Below are positions 52,113 to 64,000 of a stretch of DNA of 64,000 nt, piece by piece. The stretch comes from Macrostomum lignano (Eukaryota): positions 124,001 to 188,000 of the forward strand of contig NIVC01001957.1 in the NCBI GenBank assembly GCA_002269645.1, written 5' to 3'. Positions within the stretch are counted from its first letter, which is position 1; every line of letters begins with the position of its first letter. The notes under the pieces are model-generated. The model was not told the origin of the DNA. It worked only from the letters and a program-made list of their open reading frames with translations, and did no database searches. The position numbers were made by a program, and so were the translations under genes.

Positions 52113-53558
52113 ATGGCATTGTTTTGGAACTCTGAAATAAAATTGCACCTTATCCTAATTTGGTTACTTCTCTCCGGGGCCTGCAGTCGTCAGCTCAATT
52201 ATCATTTAATCGGCTGCTATGTTGACGACAATGGAGGCGTCAGAGATCTGTCTGGTTTTGTTGGGATCAACAGCTGGAGTAGCTACGTGGTAGTGACCGA
52301 ACATGCTCAGGTGTACAGCGAGTTGATGACTCGACGATACTGCAGTCAGGTGTGCAGTCTAGGCGGATTCGTCTACATGGGACTGCAGAACGCGTACTCC
52401 TGCTACTGCGGCAACAAGTACGGCTCACAGGGAGCTGTCGCGTTAGCAGATTGTGGCAAACCATGCCCTGGAAATGGGAGCGAGACCTGCGGAGACATGG
52501 ACAGGAACCTGGTCTTCGGATTGAATTACCTGGGTGAGTTGCGCGAAGCAGAAATTGGTCAGTGATTGAAATTGATGTAGGATTGACATGCGAAGCTCTT
52601 CCTAGTCGTTTGTGTTCTGCTCCGCCTGTACGCCTTTCTAGTTTAATTTAAACAAAATTGCAACCCAATTCAATAAGGTCATAGAGCATAAAATTGAGGT
52701 GGTTATGCCATAGACGAAAAACAGACGCTTACCCAACTGATATTTGCTCATTAAATACGCCTTTTCAACCTTGAATGTTCGTCAGCTAATTTCAAATATG
52801 ACAAATTGCGTCTATGAAGAGAATCTATGTGAAAACGTAAACAAATAGACGACTATTTTTTAGAATGTTACAGTCGTAAAGGCCAAATTCGAAGTTAACC
52901 GTGAGGCTTTTGAGGTTGAAAAGGTATAGTTGATTGAATAATAAATAAAAATTGATTACACCTGCCCTAATTGGGCCAGATGTGCAACCGACAGCTCAGC
53001 CGCAGCTATTGCGCGGCGCATCTGAAGGCTGCGTACGGCTGTTCAGTCCAAGGACTGGGGGGTCGCCACACACACCCTCAGTTACCCCAGCTAATGCTGG
53101 CACCCATTTTACAGCTGGGTGAAAGGAAACAATGCAGAGTCAAGTGTCTTGCTCAAGGACACAAATTGTTCACGTGGGCTCGGGAATCGAACCCCCGACC
53201 TTCAAGTCGTGAGGCCGACGCTCTGACCACTTGGCTACAACCCCCTAATTAGCTTGAGGATCTTTTGAATCTACTTTTGTTTACAAAATTTTCTGTGTGC
53301 ACAATTTCAGAAAACAACCAATTCATATCGAAACCAACAAGACCGACAGTCACTGCCAGCGCTGCGTACGGAGAGCTGGCCTATCCGCGAATCATGGCCA
53401 CCAGTGCTATCGATTGCATCAGCAGCTGCCAGACATTCAGGAAAGACTGCCAGGCCGTGATCTACATTCTGCCGAATCAGCTGTGCCACTTGCTGAAGTT
53501 TTCGCTGGTTCCGGAGGCTCTTGTTGGAGTGACTGGCCAGTTTTACGTTAGAGTCTGA
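52113..53558 (+). CDS. Secreted WSC-domain protein with a C-terminal PAN/apple-like module
   Basis: Exons 52113-52533 and 53311-53558 (phase 1). Signal peptide; WSC motifs IGCYVD...CSQVC...[11 protein letters not shown]...[14 protein letters not shown]; exon 2 has [18 protein letters not shown]...LCHL. Confidence 0.82.
52951..53245 (-). mobile_element. tRNA-derived SINE, copy 2 (best preserved)
   Basis: The minus strand begins GGGGTTGTAGCCAAGTGGTCAGAGCGTCGGCCTCACGACTTGAAGGTCGGGGGTTCGATTCCC (A and B boxes), then GTGTCCTTGAGCAAGACACTT...CCAGCTGTAAAATGGG (CORE-like). Intronic. Confidence 0.85.
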
Positions 53559-53644
53559 CTGCCTTGAGATTCTGAGGTTTTGCTTATTTGAACTTGGCTC
53601 AACATTGAGCATCAAAGAGAAGAAAAAATATTGGTACATAGAAA

Positions 53645-53880
<236 letters not shown>

Positions 53881-54292
53881 GAACAAAGCGCAATAAATCG
53901 ATCTATTTCTGCTTCAAAAGCAGCGACAGCTACTGGTTGTTTATCCATGTTGGTAAATTTTTACAATCGAAAAGCAGCATGCACCGACGAACACAGCAGC
54001 CGCTGTAACCAGTGCGACTATCACACCACAGAAGATGAAATTTCAATATTCGTATAGTATGCGAAAAGCAAGATGATCGAGGTCTATATTAATCTAACTA
54101 CTGCTACAAGGCTACAGACTGAACTATAACTAGTCTATCGATATTTTGCTAACAGCTGTTTGTTAGGTTGTCAGTTTGCTACAAAAAAAAACTACTTCGA
54201 AGCGACATGCAGCTCGCCAGACGCTGTAGCATGGGAGACGATTTCATAGAAATTCAGTATGAATTTCCCCACAGTACTGAACTTTGAGCATC

Positions 54293-57200
54293 TCAGAAGC
54301 GCGTCTCCTCGTGGTAGCCCTGATTGTCCAGCCCGTCCTCCGGCAGAGCTCGCAGGTGTCCGTCGTCGCCTCGACCGACTGCCGAGTCAAAACCGCTTGA
54401 CCTGTGCCGGAGGTCCGGGCAGAGGTGCGCCGGATGATCCAGCGAGCTGTACTCCGGCAGAGACAGCTGCTGCTGCTGTTCGTCGTGCATCGAGTGAAGG
54501 TAGCCGCTGTATGCTTCCAGATGGCGGACACATTCACTTGGTCGTCGAGACGAGCCGAGGCCGTGTAGCGATGGGTCCTCGCCGGCGCTGTGGCTGATGC
54601 TGTAGGTCCGCGTCTGTCGGCGCCGCTCTCGAGCCGCGTCGTTGGCGTGCTGCGAGATGGACACTCGGCGACTGCGGGTTTGCGAGCGAGTTTGTTTGCA
54701 AGGAGCTAAAGCCCCTTGGTGCTAAAGCCCCTTGGTGCTAAAGCCCCTTGGTGCTAAAGCCCCTTGGTGCTAAAGCCCCTTGGTGCTAAAGCCCCTTGGT
54801 GCTAAAGCCCCTTGGTGCTAAAGCCCCTTGGTGCTAAAGCCCCTTGGTGCTAAAGCCCCTTGGTGCTAAAGCCCCTTGGTGCTAAAGCCCCTTGGTGCTA
54901 AAGCCCCTTGGTGCTAAAGCCCCTTGGTGCTAAAGCCCCTTGGTGCTAAAGCCCCTTGGTGCTAAAGCCCCTTGGTGCTAAAGCCCCTTGGTGCTAAAGC
55001 CCCTTGGTGCTAAAGCCCCTTGGTGCTAAAGCCCCTTGGTGCTAAAGCCCCTTGGTGCTAAAGCCCCTTGGTGCTAAAGCCCCTTGGTGCTAAAGCCCCT
55101 TGGTGCTAAAGCCCCTTGGTGCTAAAGCCCCTTGGTGCTAAAGCCCCTTGGTGCTAAAGCCCCTTGGTGCTAAAGCCCCTTGGTGCTAAAGCCCCTTGGT
55201 GCTAAAGCCCCTTGGTGCTAAAGCCCCTTGGTGCTAAAGCCCCTTGGTGCTAAAGCCCCTTGGTGCTAAAGCCCCTTGGTGCTAAAGCCCCTTGGTGCTA
55301 AAGCCCCTTGGTGCTAAAGCCCCTTGGTGCTAAAGCCCCTTGGTGCTAAAGCCCCTTGGTGCTAAAGCCCCTTGGTGCTAAAGCCCCTTGGTGCTAAAGC
55401 CCCTTGGTGCTAAAGCCCCTTGGTGCTAAAGCCCCTTGGTGCTAAAGCCCCTTGGTGCTAAAGCCCCTTGGTGCTAAAGCCCCTTGGTGCTAAAGCCCCT
55501 TGGTGCTAAAGCCCCTTGGTGCTAAAGCCCCTTGGTGCTAAAGCCCCTTGGTGCTAAAGCCCCTTGGTGCTAAAGCCCCTTGGTGCTAAAGCCCCTTGGT
55601 GCTAAAGCCCCTTGGTGCTAAAGCCCCTTGGTGCTAAAGCCCCTTGGTGCTAAAGCCCCTTGGTGCTAAAGCCCCTTGGTGCTAAAGCCCCTTGGTGCTA
55701 AAGCCCCTTGGTGCTAAAGCCCCTTGGTGCTAAAGCCCCTTGGTGCTAAAGCCTTGTTAACCTTGCAAACTGTCTTCTGTTTGAGCTTCTTTTGTCCACT
55801 GAAAAGTTCTTTGAGTACTAAAACAGTCGTTGAATAGACAGTATAGAGCTGTCATATTTACATAGACACTTGCATGAATTACATTAGCTAAACTTTATGA
55901 AAGAGTGTTTAATAAAATATTATTTCACTAATGTTCTTTCGTACTCGGATAAACTGACGCCGCTGGTTGATGCACCGCCTTGCTCGCCAATGCTGCTTCC
56001 CGTTTCATCCTGAAAATTATGCAGACACTTGTATGAATGTAAATTCCATCTAGAACGAGTCATGGACAGCTGAAGTAGAAGGACTCTCTCGAATCGTACG
56101 AATGTCACCGGTAAAAATGTTATTTTTTATTTCACACCTGACCTAATGGGCAGATGTGCAACCGACAGCTCAGCCGCAGCTATTTGCGCGGCGCATCTGA
56201 AGGCAGCGTACGGCTGTTCAGTCCAAGGACTGGGGGCCGTCAACACACAGCCTCAACTACCCCAGCTCATGCTGGCACCCATTCTACAGCTGGGTGATTT
56301 AATTAATGCAGAGTTAAGTGTTTTGTGCTCAAGAAAAAAGGTCGAGAATCGAACCACCGACCTTTTGATCTAGAGTTCGACTCTCTAACCACTAGGCTAC
56401 AACCCCTTCTACAACATTCAGAACGCATAATAATTATAAATTGATAAACTCTATTTTGTCCGAGGTTGACTCAAAACTTACTCGAATTCGGAAGTTCAAA
56501 AGGTGAAAAATCACTAAAAACACAAATAACTTATCAATTTGCAAATTCAGCGTCCTTCTACTTTAGCTATTGATTGCACAATGAACAATATTTCAGTAGC
56601 CTCTGCACCTCAACCAGCTCCTGGTAGAAATTGGACAGCGCGTAAATCACCGCGTCGTGGACGGTCACAAACAGACCAGCTTCGGAGCGCTTGTCGAAGA
56701 AGTTGGCCTTCCTCAGAAGCGAACGGACAAGCGAAGTGCAGCCGCACAAGTACATTTCGACGCCAATTTTACTGAAATCGTCGACAATTTTTGTCAGCAG
56801 ACGGACACCCACGGCGTCAATGAAGGCGCAGGCCGACAGGTCCAAGATGATACAGAAGACGTTTACAGTCGGCTCGCTTTCGTCGTCGCTATCAACGGAA
56901 GCTGGAAGATCAGCCGAATCGATGGAGCCCATGGATTCGTACGACTTTGAGGCGGTGATTGGCAGGTTCTTGAGCTCCTCCGAGGAGTTCAACTGGGCGC
57001 GCTGGCGAGCTATGGCGCTCTTTTATGGCAAATAATTGGGGGAAAGGTTAAGTCACTTTGTAAACAATCTCTGGTTAGAAAGTTCGTTTTTTAGGGGGCA
57101 GACTAGTTTAAGCAATCAACTCCGACGTCCGGTTTTCGTGCCAAGGTACCCAGGTTCGATTCCGTGTGTAATTCTGCAATAATTTGAGACCCTGTCCTAA

Positions 57201-60200
57201 GGCATATCTCGGTAAAGTCAGGGTCGTATGTGTATACGCTCGTACCTGCGTACGTACGAGTATCTGTGTACGTGTGAGCGATTCGTGGTCAGAAGGGATG
57301 AGCATGATTGCTTGCCTCCTCGTTGGCGGTGGCTACGAAAAAACTTATTACTGAGACAGTACTGTAGTTCTCAATTTTTCTTAGGGCGAGTCTGGTTGCT
57401 TCCCGAATCCATGGTTTGACTTGGACGCGTCGATGTTAACTCGGTGTTCAAGGACAGTAATTACCTCGTATAGTTAAAGGTACAGTGCTTGACAACAACT
57501 AGGTCAGAGTTGTTGCAGACCACGTGCTATTTTTGCATGTCTTCTTTTTTATCCCTGTACGTGTCCCTGAACGTGATTTCATGACTGTTGTATTGGTTTA
57601 ACAGCATTAGCCCCCAGCGGAAACGTAGACAGATTAACATGAATCCGTTAAATGATGATTGCAAAAACAATGTCGTTAAATTTACCGGATGACTTCCCTC
57701 TTCCTTGACAACTCCGAGCACTTCCTTGATGCCCTGGGCGTTGAGCACGTCAGTCCGAAGGTTCATATCGCCGCTAGCTCCTCCGCTTCGCTTGGCTGCG
57801 GCTTTAGCGCGTTCAAGAATCTTCTTCGGATTCATGGCCACAGAGCGGAATAGGCGCTTGCGAAAGTTGTCTGCGCTGGCGAAATAGAGCGAGCCGTCGA
57901 ATTTGAAAATTTTCAGGCCAGGAATTTCTTCGGCCTGAATAGTAAATATTTTTGGGTTCACGAATTTCAGTAAAAACGAAGTGTCGATTTTGTGCGAGGC
58001 CATGCTACTTTTTGGCTTGTACTATTCTCAGCTGTTAAGAGTCAACCACTAGAGGCACTGTGCATTACACGACTGATGATAAGAGTTACCTAGTAAAGAC
58101 TTTTACAGCTTGTGTGAGCGCTGGCCTGCGAATTTTCACTTTATTGTCTATGGTATCTATCCCTGTGCTCACGGACCGTCATGCTGTCCTGTTGACGTAA
58201 GTGGCCTAAGAAATGCATAGTGACGGCAGCAACTACTAAGAGACTGAGCTACATGCTAGCACGACCGCTATGTACCAATCGTCTTACAATAGCCTCATCG
58301 GCTATAACTCGATATTTTTTTAAAGTTCTCTATGCTCTGAAACTCACCCCTTTAATCTTCTTAATGTTCTTATAAATGTCAGTTTTCGGCACTCGTCCCA
58401 GCAGGTAGGCCTTCGGAGCCTGGGTCCGATAAATGATGGTGAGCAACGAGAAGGCGACCCCGATTCCCAGACCGATGGGCAGGTCCAGACCAAGGATTGC
58501 AGCCAGCGTTACAATCCAAATTGACTGTAATTACATGGGAATTCAACTAATTACAATCAATCATATTGTAAAAAGTAATAAACAGTGAAAGTACAAAGTC
58601 GTATCGATTGGTTCGCCACAGTCGAGGCAGTTGCTCCACTTGCAGGATCATGTTCTTCAAATTCACGATTATAATTGCGGAAAGTACGCACTGAAATTGA
58701 TAATGCAATTATAATATAGGATTGCTCACTTGATCAGCAAATTATGGAATAGACTGCTGATAAACAGGTATTCACCTTGGGTACCGGCTCAAAATAGGAG
58801 CAAAAAGTAAGAATGCTGATTAGTGTAATTATTGTAGCGTAAACCGAATAGATCTGAAGTGCGAAATAAAATGGCACATTGTAAACGGCATAAGGTATTA
58901 TTCCTAAATTATGACTCTTACGCTTGTACTTAAGGCAACTTTTTCTTACTAGTGTCTTTCCTCTCATGGACTCGTGCAGCGAGGTGCAAGCAATGGACGA
59001 GGCCGACACGAACGTGCTGAACCAGCTCATGCCGAAGTTGACAAATCCGTAGGCTAGGACCTCCTGGTTGGCGTCCACTTCATATCCGTGACGTAGAGCG
59101 AAGGTCTTGGCTACAGACACCGACAGGGCATAGGAGATTATGCCAAGCACGATGCCGTTCACTAAAATTCCGGACCCGCTTGTGAAATGCTCCGGCAGTG
59201 GAGCGCGCGGCACCTCGAATCTGAAGTTAAATTTTGATGGGTCGCTTTTAAACCGGTGTCAGAAATGCGGTGTCAGATGGGTCTTAGCTAAAAAGTTCTA
59301 TTTGCTTCACACACTGCCTTTTACGAGGGGTGTTCCATAAGTCTTTTCCGTTTTGAGTATAGCTTAGGCTGTAAAGGTCTTATTGATGAACAGTCTTCGA
59401 CGTTAAGAACTTTTTTCTATGCTTCTTTTGACACCAAAGTCATATTGAAGTGTCAAACCAACGCTCAACTACGCTCATATAAGTTTTGGCCGTAAATACC
59501 TCCTACTCTGTTTCATGTCTGCATAAAAGTAACCCTGTCAATCGGATGAAAATGCGTAAGAGTCTTTTTAATCCTATACTGATGGATAAAGTCATATCCG
59601 ACACTGACAAGCAGACTTTTCATTACTGCTATGTTGAATTGTTTCTATTCGCTGCTTCTGTCAAAGTAAAAGACGTGTGGCTTTTTCTCACAGAGAAAGT
59701 TTTTTTAAATTTTAATTATACCTTTAAAAGAAGCGATAGATAACGGTGGCAAAAGTGGTATTTTACATTTTCCAAGCGCGGCTTACCCTTGTCGAATGAC
59801 GCCAACATTTTCCACTTTAATAGTCCCCTTCCAATTCATGAACTGCGACATTAGAAGACTTGTAATCAACTGAAATCAAGTTATATTGTGTTTGTGTGCT
59901 TCTTATACTCGTATCTTCTCGTGGCTCGTAACAACAAATCAACGGTTTAAAAAAATAGCGCAAACCTTACCACAATGATGTCGATTGGAATTGGAATTTT
60001 CACATATTTAGAGCACTTCTCGTTCACCAGCTTGATGGCCAGCAGCAGAGCAAAGAAGGCTACGAAAATGCCGATTGTGTATCCGTTTACCTGACCCGTG
60101 AATAGCCTTTTGAATGCCTCGATAAAGTACTAAATGGGGTTAGATGGAATACAAAAAACAGATGTAGACATCTCAACTTATAATACTGACAGAATGTCAA

Positions 60201-63200
60201 ATACCAATTGATTAGGTTACATCTCAAACGAAACTTGAACAAGTCAACGCTATTGCAAGTTTGTGTCGATTAAAAACTAAACTAGAACGACACGGCTCTA
60301 AGAAATTAGTTTAATTTCTTAGTATTTTTAGTGTCGTATCTGGACTACTGAATTAAAAAATATGTCCAAGTAGAACAACCATGTGTCTTATCCTACGTTG
60401 ATTAACAAATTTGTCGAACCAAAGTTTAACAAAATTTTATCAAAGAGTAATAAGAAATATTTTTAAAGAAATTTTGTTCGAATTTCTTTTTGCAAACTTA
60501 TTTAAAAAAGTAAATCTCAATTTAGTGAAAAAAACTATACTATGCGCGTTGAAGCTCCATTAAGTTTTCTTCAAAACTATTAACATTAATGAACTTGCGA
60601 ATTAGGACCTCAGTAACTTTATTACTAAAAAACGCTCACAATAGTTTACCTGACCACCTGCAAGAACCAAAGCCATTGCTACTCACCATGAAGAATTTCC
60701 CGTTGCCATTTATGGCCGGAATTTTCGCTCCGAGCAGATTGCCCAACTGACTGCTGACGATGTGCAGCGCAGCACCGCAGGTGAACGCGCTATTCAACGG
60801 ATCGGACATGTAGATGGTGAGAAAGCCCAGCTGCAGAGCGCCCAGCAGAATCTGCAACAGGCCAGCAACCATGGTAATGGATAAGGCCACCATTGCGTTT
60901 GCGTCATCCCGGTTAATGCAGCCAGCTGGAAATGCGAGGGAAATTCCAGTTATGTTGATTTGACAGGCAAATACGCTTGAATATAATAGCCCTCTAAAAG
61001 TTTTTTCAAAATTTTTCTACATTAAAAAAAACTACCGTCGTCTACAGTTTTTCTATTGGTACAGCTCGACGATAAGTTGTTGAAGTTTCTTTAAAAAGGA
61101 ATCATAATTAGATAGATTTCGCCACTGATGTTAAAAATGCAAAGAAACCAACCTGTCGCTCCTGTCGTGACATTCGGAGCCGTAGTAACCAAAGCCATTG
61201 TTTTAGATTCGGTAGCAATGGTAGTTGATTCGTTGCCAGTATACAGACCAACATTAGAGACTGAGGCAGTTTCGCAGAGTCCAACACCATTGGGGTACAC
61301 CTGTTGGACACCGGCTCGAACTGCTTCGCCAACAATTAGCGATACGGCGCCTTGACTTGCTAAAAATTAATTAGTTAATTCGATTTCAAGATTAGCGGTT
61401 GCATTGTGCATCGATGTTTACCTTTTAGGGATGCTAAACAAGCAATGCTGTTTTGTCTTTTTGGGTTGTTAATAAAATGACAACTCGACTGTCGATCATG
61501 ACGGTTGGATTGTTGATGAGGTGACGGTTGGATTGTTGATGAGGTGACGGTTGGATTGTTGATGAGGTGACGGTTGGATTGTTGATGAGGTGACGGTTGG
61601 ATTGTTGATGAGGTGACGGTTGGATTGTTGATGAGGTGACGGTTGGATTGTTGATGAGGTTACGGTTGGATTGTTGATGAGGTGACGGTTGGATTGTTGA
61701 TGAGGTGACGGTTGGACTGTTGATGAGGTGACGGTTGGATTGTTGATGAGGTGACGGTTGGATTGTTGATGAGGTTACGGTTGGACTGTTGATGAGGTGA
61801 CGGTTGGATTGTTGATGAGGTGACGGTTGGATTGTTGATGAGGTGACGGTTGGATTGTTGATGAGGTGACGGTTGGATTGTTGATGAGGTTACGGTTGGA
61901 TTGTTGATGAGGTGACGGTTGGATTGTTGATGAGGTGACGGTTGGATTGTTGATGAGGTGACGGTTGGATTGTTGATGAGGTTACGGTTGGACTGTTGAT
62001 GAGGTGACAGTTGGATTGTTGATGAGGTGACGGTTGGACTGTTGATGAGGTTACGGTTGGATTGTTGATGAGGTGACGGTTGGACTGTTGATGAGGTGAC
62101 GGTTGGATTGTTGATGAGGTGACGGTTGGATTGTTGATGAGGTGACGGTTGGATTGTTGATGAGGTGACGGTTGGACTGTTGATGAGGTGACGGTTGGAC
62201 TGTTGATGAGGTGACGGTTGGACTGTTGATGAGGTGACGGTTGGACTGTTGATGAGGTGACGGTTGGATTGTTGATGAGGTGACGGCTGGATTGTTGATG
62301 AGGTGACGGTTGGACTGTTGATAATGTTTCGGTTGGACTGTTGATGGGGTGTCGGTTGGACTGTTGATGGGGTGTCGGTTGGACTGTTGATGGGGTGACG
62401 GTTGGACTGTTGATGAGGTGACGGTTGGACTGTTGATGAGGTTGGATTGTTAATGAGATGGCGGTTAGATTGTGATAATGTGACGCTTGGACTGTTTTTC
62501 CTATAGATTGAAATTCCAATTAGCTAGATGACGGTTCTGTCTCGTAATAAACCTTTTAAAAAATTTAGTAAGGCAGACAAATCAACTTACACATGTTGAG
62601 ATGATTCGACGTCCCGAAGATAAAGTAGATCAGCATAGCAAAAAAGGCCGAATAGAATCCGTATTGCGGCTTCACGTTTGCCAACAATGAGAAAGCGATT
62701 GCTAAAATTCAACAAGGAAAAGCTTGACTTTTTAACGTCATTAAAATTAATTAAAGTGCTTTTTAAACTCACCCTGCGGAATGATGAACAGCCCAACGCT
62801 AACACCTGAAATAAGGTCAAACACAGCGTACTCGCGAACTTTATAGTTGACAAACACGTTGATGCATGGAAACGCTTTGTTAAGAATGCCAATGGCTTTA
62901 GTTTTTATGTCCTTTTTCTCTTTAAATTGATTGGCTTTGCGTTGCTGCATCAAATTGAGCCGGTGCGCTTTGCGTTCGCTCGGTTCCAGACGAATCTGAT
63001 ACTCTTCTTCCAGCTGCACTTCGTTGTAGGTTGGCCTGGAAGCAATCGTTCCACCGCGTTTGCCGTCGCCTCCAGCGCCGCCACCGGCTGATGCCGTGAT
63101 GGCTGCGAGATCCGTCAGCCTCTCGTTCGACATCTGCTTGCGAAGATCTCTGGGAATGTTGGCCAGGTTTCGGTTCGGCTGGCCGCCTCCGCCACCGCCT

Positions 63201-63253
63201 CCGCCGCCGCCGCCGCCATCGCCGCCACCGCCCCCAGGACGTCCCGAAGACAT
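54293..63253 (-). CDS. SLC26: SLC26 sulfate/anion transporter (prestin/pendrin-like) with STAS domain
   Basis: About 12 exons. First exon 63253-62773 (poly-Gly N-terminus, FDLISGVSVGLFIIPQG). TM exons (GFLTIYMSDPLNSAFTCGAA; SYALSVSVAKTFALRHGYEVDANQEVLAYG). STAS domain (PGLKIFKFDGSLYFAS; IILDLSACAFIDAVG...FVTVHDAV). Penultimate exon 56009-55945; last exon 54671-54293 ending ETRF, a PDZ-ligand-like tail (compare ETKF in SLC26A3). Confidence 0.92.
54705..55752. repeat. Homogeneous 16-bp minisatellite (about 65 copies, last intron of SLC26)
   Basis: Unit GCTAAAGCCCCTTGGT, with no variants seen. Confidence 0.97.
56131..56406 (-). mobile_element. tRNA-derived SINE, copy 3
   Basis: Homologous to 5681-5965 and 52951-53245 (CAGATGTGCAACCGACAGCTCAGCCGCAGC...GAATCGAACC...CTACAACCCC). 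Confidence 0.8.
61495..62460. repeat. 23-bp minisatellite (SLC26 intron 1)
   Basis: Unit GACGGTTGGA(T/C)TGTTGATGAGGT. Confidence 0.95.
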
Positions 63254-63351
63254 GTCAAATTTGTTAGAATTTTCCCAGTTTTCCAAAATTAATTCACTCG
63301 ATGCTCGGATTCCTGGGGAATGGTTATAAAAGGGGATGTGAACTTAAGAGT

Positions 63352-63918
63352 CAAAATAAAGCCCGAAATACACGGTCCCGATTTCTCTAAGCCAATCCCT
63401 TCATCTGGAGCCAAATTGCTCCCATTATGCCGAAAACGCGACCACCGTAGCATTTGGGGATCTCTACGCTCTTATGGGGAGAAATGGTTGTGAGGGAGCT
63501 TATAGCACCTTTGACCATGATATAAATGTGCTATTTATGTCTCCACAGAGACAGGGAAACACAATGAGAGCTTGGCTGGGGGCAACAGCATAAACAATGT
63601 TGAGATAACATAATGGAGGGAATAAAATAACATTACTATCGCTTTTATTCATCATACTAACACATAAAAAGAGCGTTTATCCTGGTCTTCTCGTCATATA
63701 AGCATTTGAAGCTCCAAATGAAGGTATTGGCATAGAGAAACCGGGACCCAATGCTTCATGCTCCATTCTGGAGCCTTAGTTTAGCTCACGTGAAATCCTC
63801 ATTTATTCGTTTCTCCCCATAGAGATCCCCAAATGCTAAACCGGTTGGTTTTTGGTGGTCAGGAGCAATTTGGCTCCAAGTAGAGAAATAGGGACCGTAT
63901 ATTTCGGGCTTCATTTTG
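63352..63918. mobile_element. MITE-like element with imperfect inverted repeats of about 130 bp, upstream of SLC26
   Basis: CAAAATAAAGCCCGAAATACACGGTCCC...TGGAGCCAAATTGCTCC...TAGCATTTGGGGATCTCTA...TATGGGGAGAAA is mirrored at about 63790-63918. No TSD established. Confidence 0.7.
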
Positions 63919-64000
63919 GCTATTCTGTTTCAACAATAGCCCTTAATTTATAATGCTAACAACCTACCATCTTATCCAACAACAACTTACCCAAACAGTA

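Noticed and set aside
53165-53245. Possible tRNA gene
   Set aside because: It is the head of a repeated SINE, continues into a shared SINE body and lacks a convincing acceptor stem and terminator.
57095-57170. B-box-like GGTTCGATTCC with a tRNA-like upstream sequence
   Set aside because: Too degenerate to fold as a tRNA; at most a decayed SINE head.

Overview
Eukaryotic (metazoan) genomic DNA with GT-AG introns, very rich in tandem repeats. A near-perfect match to the spliced leader I recall for the flatworm Macrostomum lignano suggests a Macrostomum-like source (inference). Eight intron-containing genes were reconstructed by hand: (1-2) tandem PLP fold-type II Ser/Thr dehydratase / serine racemase-family paralogs (+, 397-2190 and 3621-6824); (3) an NWD1/NWD2-like NACHT-WD40 gene (-, 11932-19583); (4) AASS, the bifunctional lysine-ketoglutarate reductase/saccharopine dehydrogenase (+, about 20912-41889), with 8 of 9 introns carrying tandem repeats, including an 8.7 kb 21-bp satellite; (5-6) tandem Ly6/uPAR-like Cys-rich, probably GPI-anchored paralogs (+); (7) a secreted WSC + PAN/apple-like protein (+); (8) an SLC26 anion transporter (-). 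Also present are three copies of a tRNA-derived SINE, several MITEs (two with target-site duplications) and Crypton-like tyrosine-recombinase remnants. Best leads: the paralog pair differs at the residue that separates racemases from dehydratases (SAGNH vs SSGNH), right at the edge of a homogenised tract; a relic spliced leader sits inside an intron; a Crypton-like recombinase has its two halves on opposite strands between hairpins; AASS has a decoy duplicated acceptor leading to a premature stop; the NACHT-WD40 protein ends in a CaaX box. No CRISPR array, rRNA or bona fide tRNA gene was found. The long repetitive ORFs in the track are satellite artefacts.
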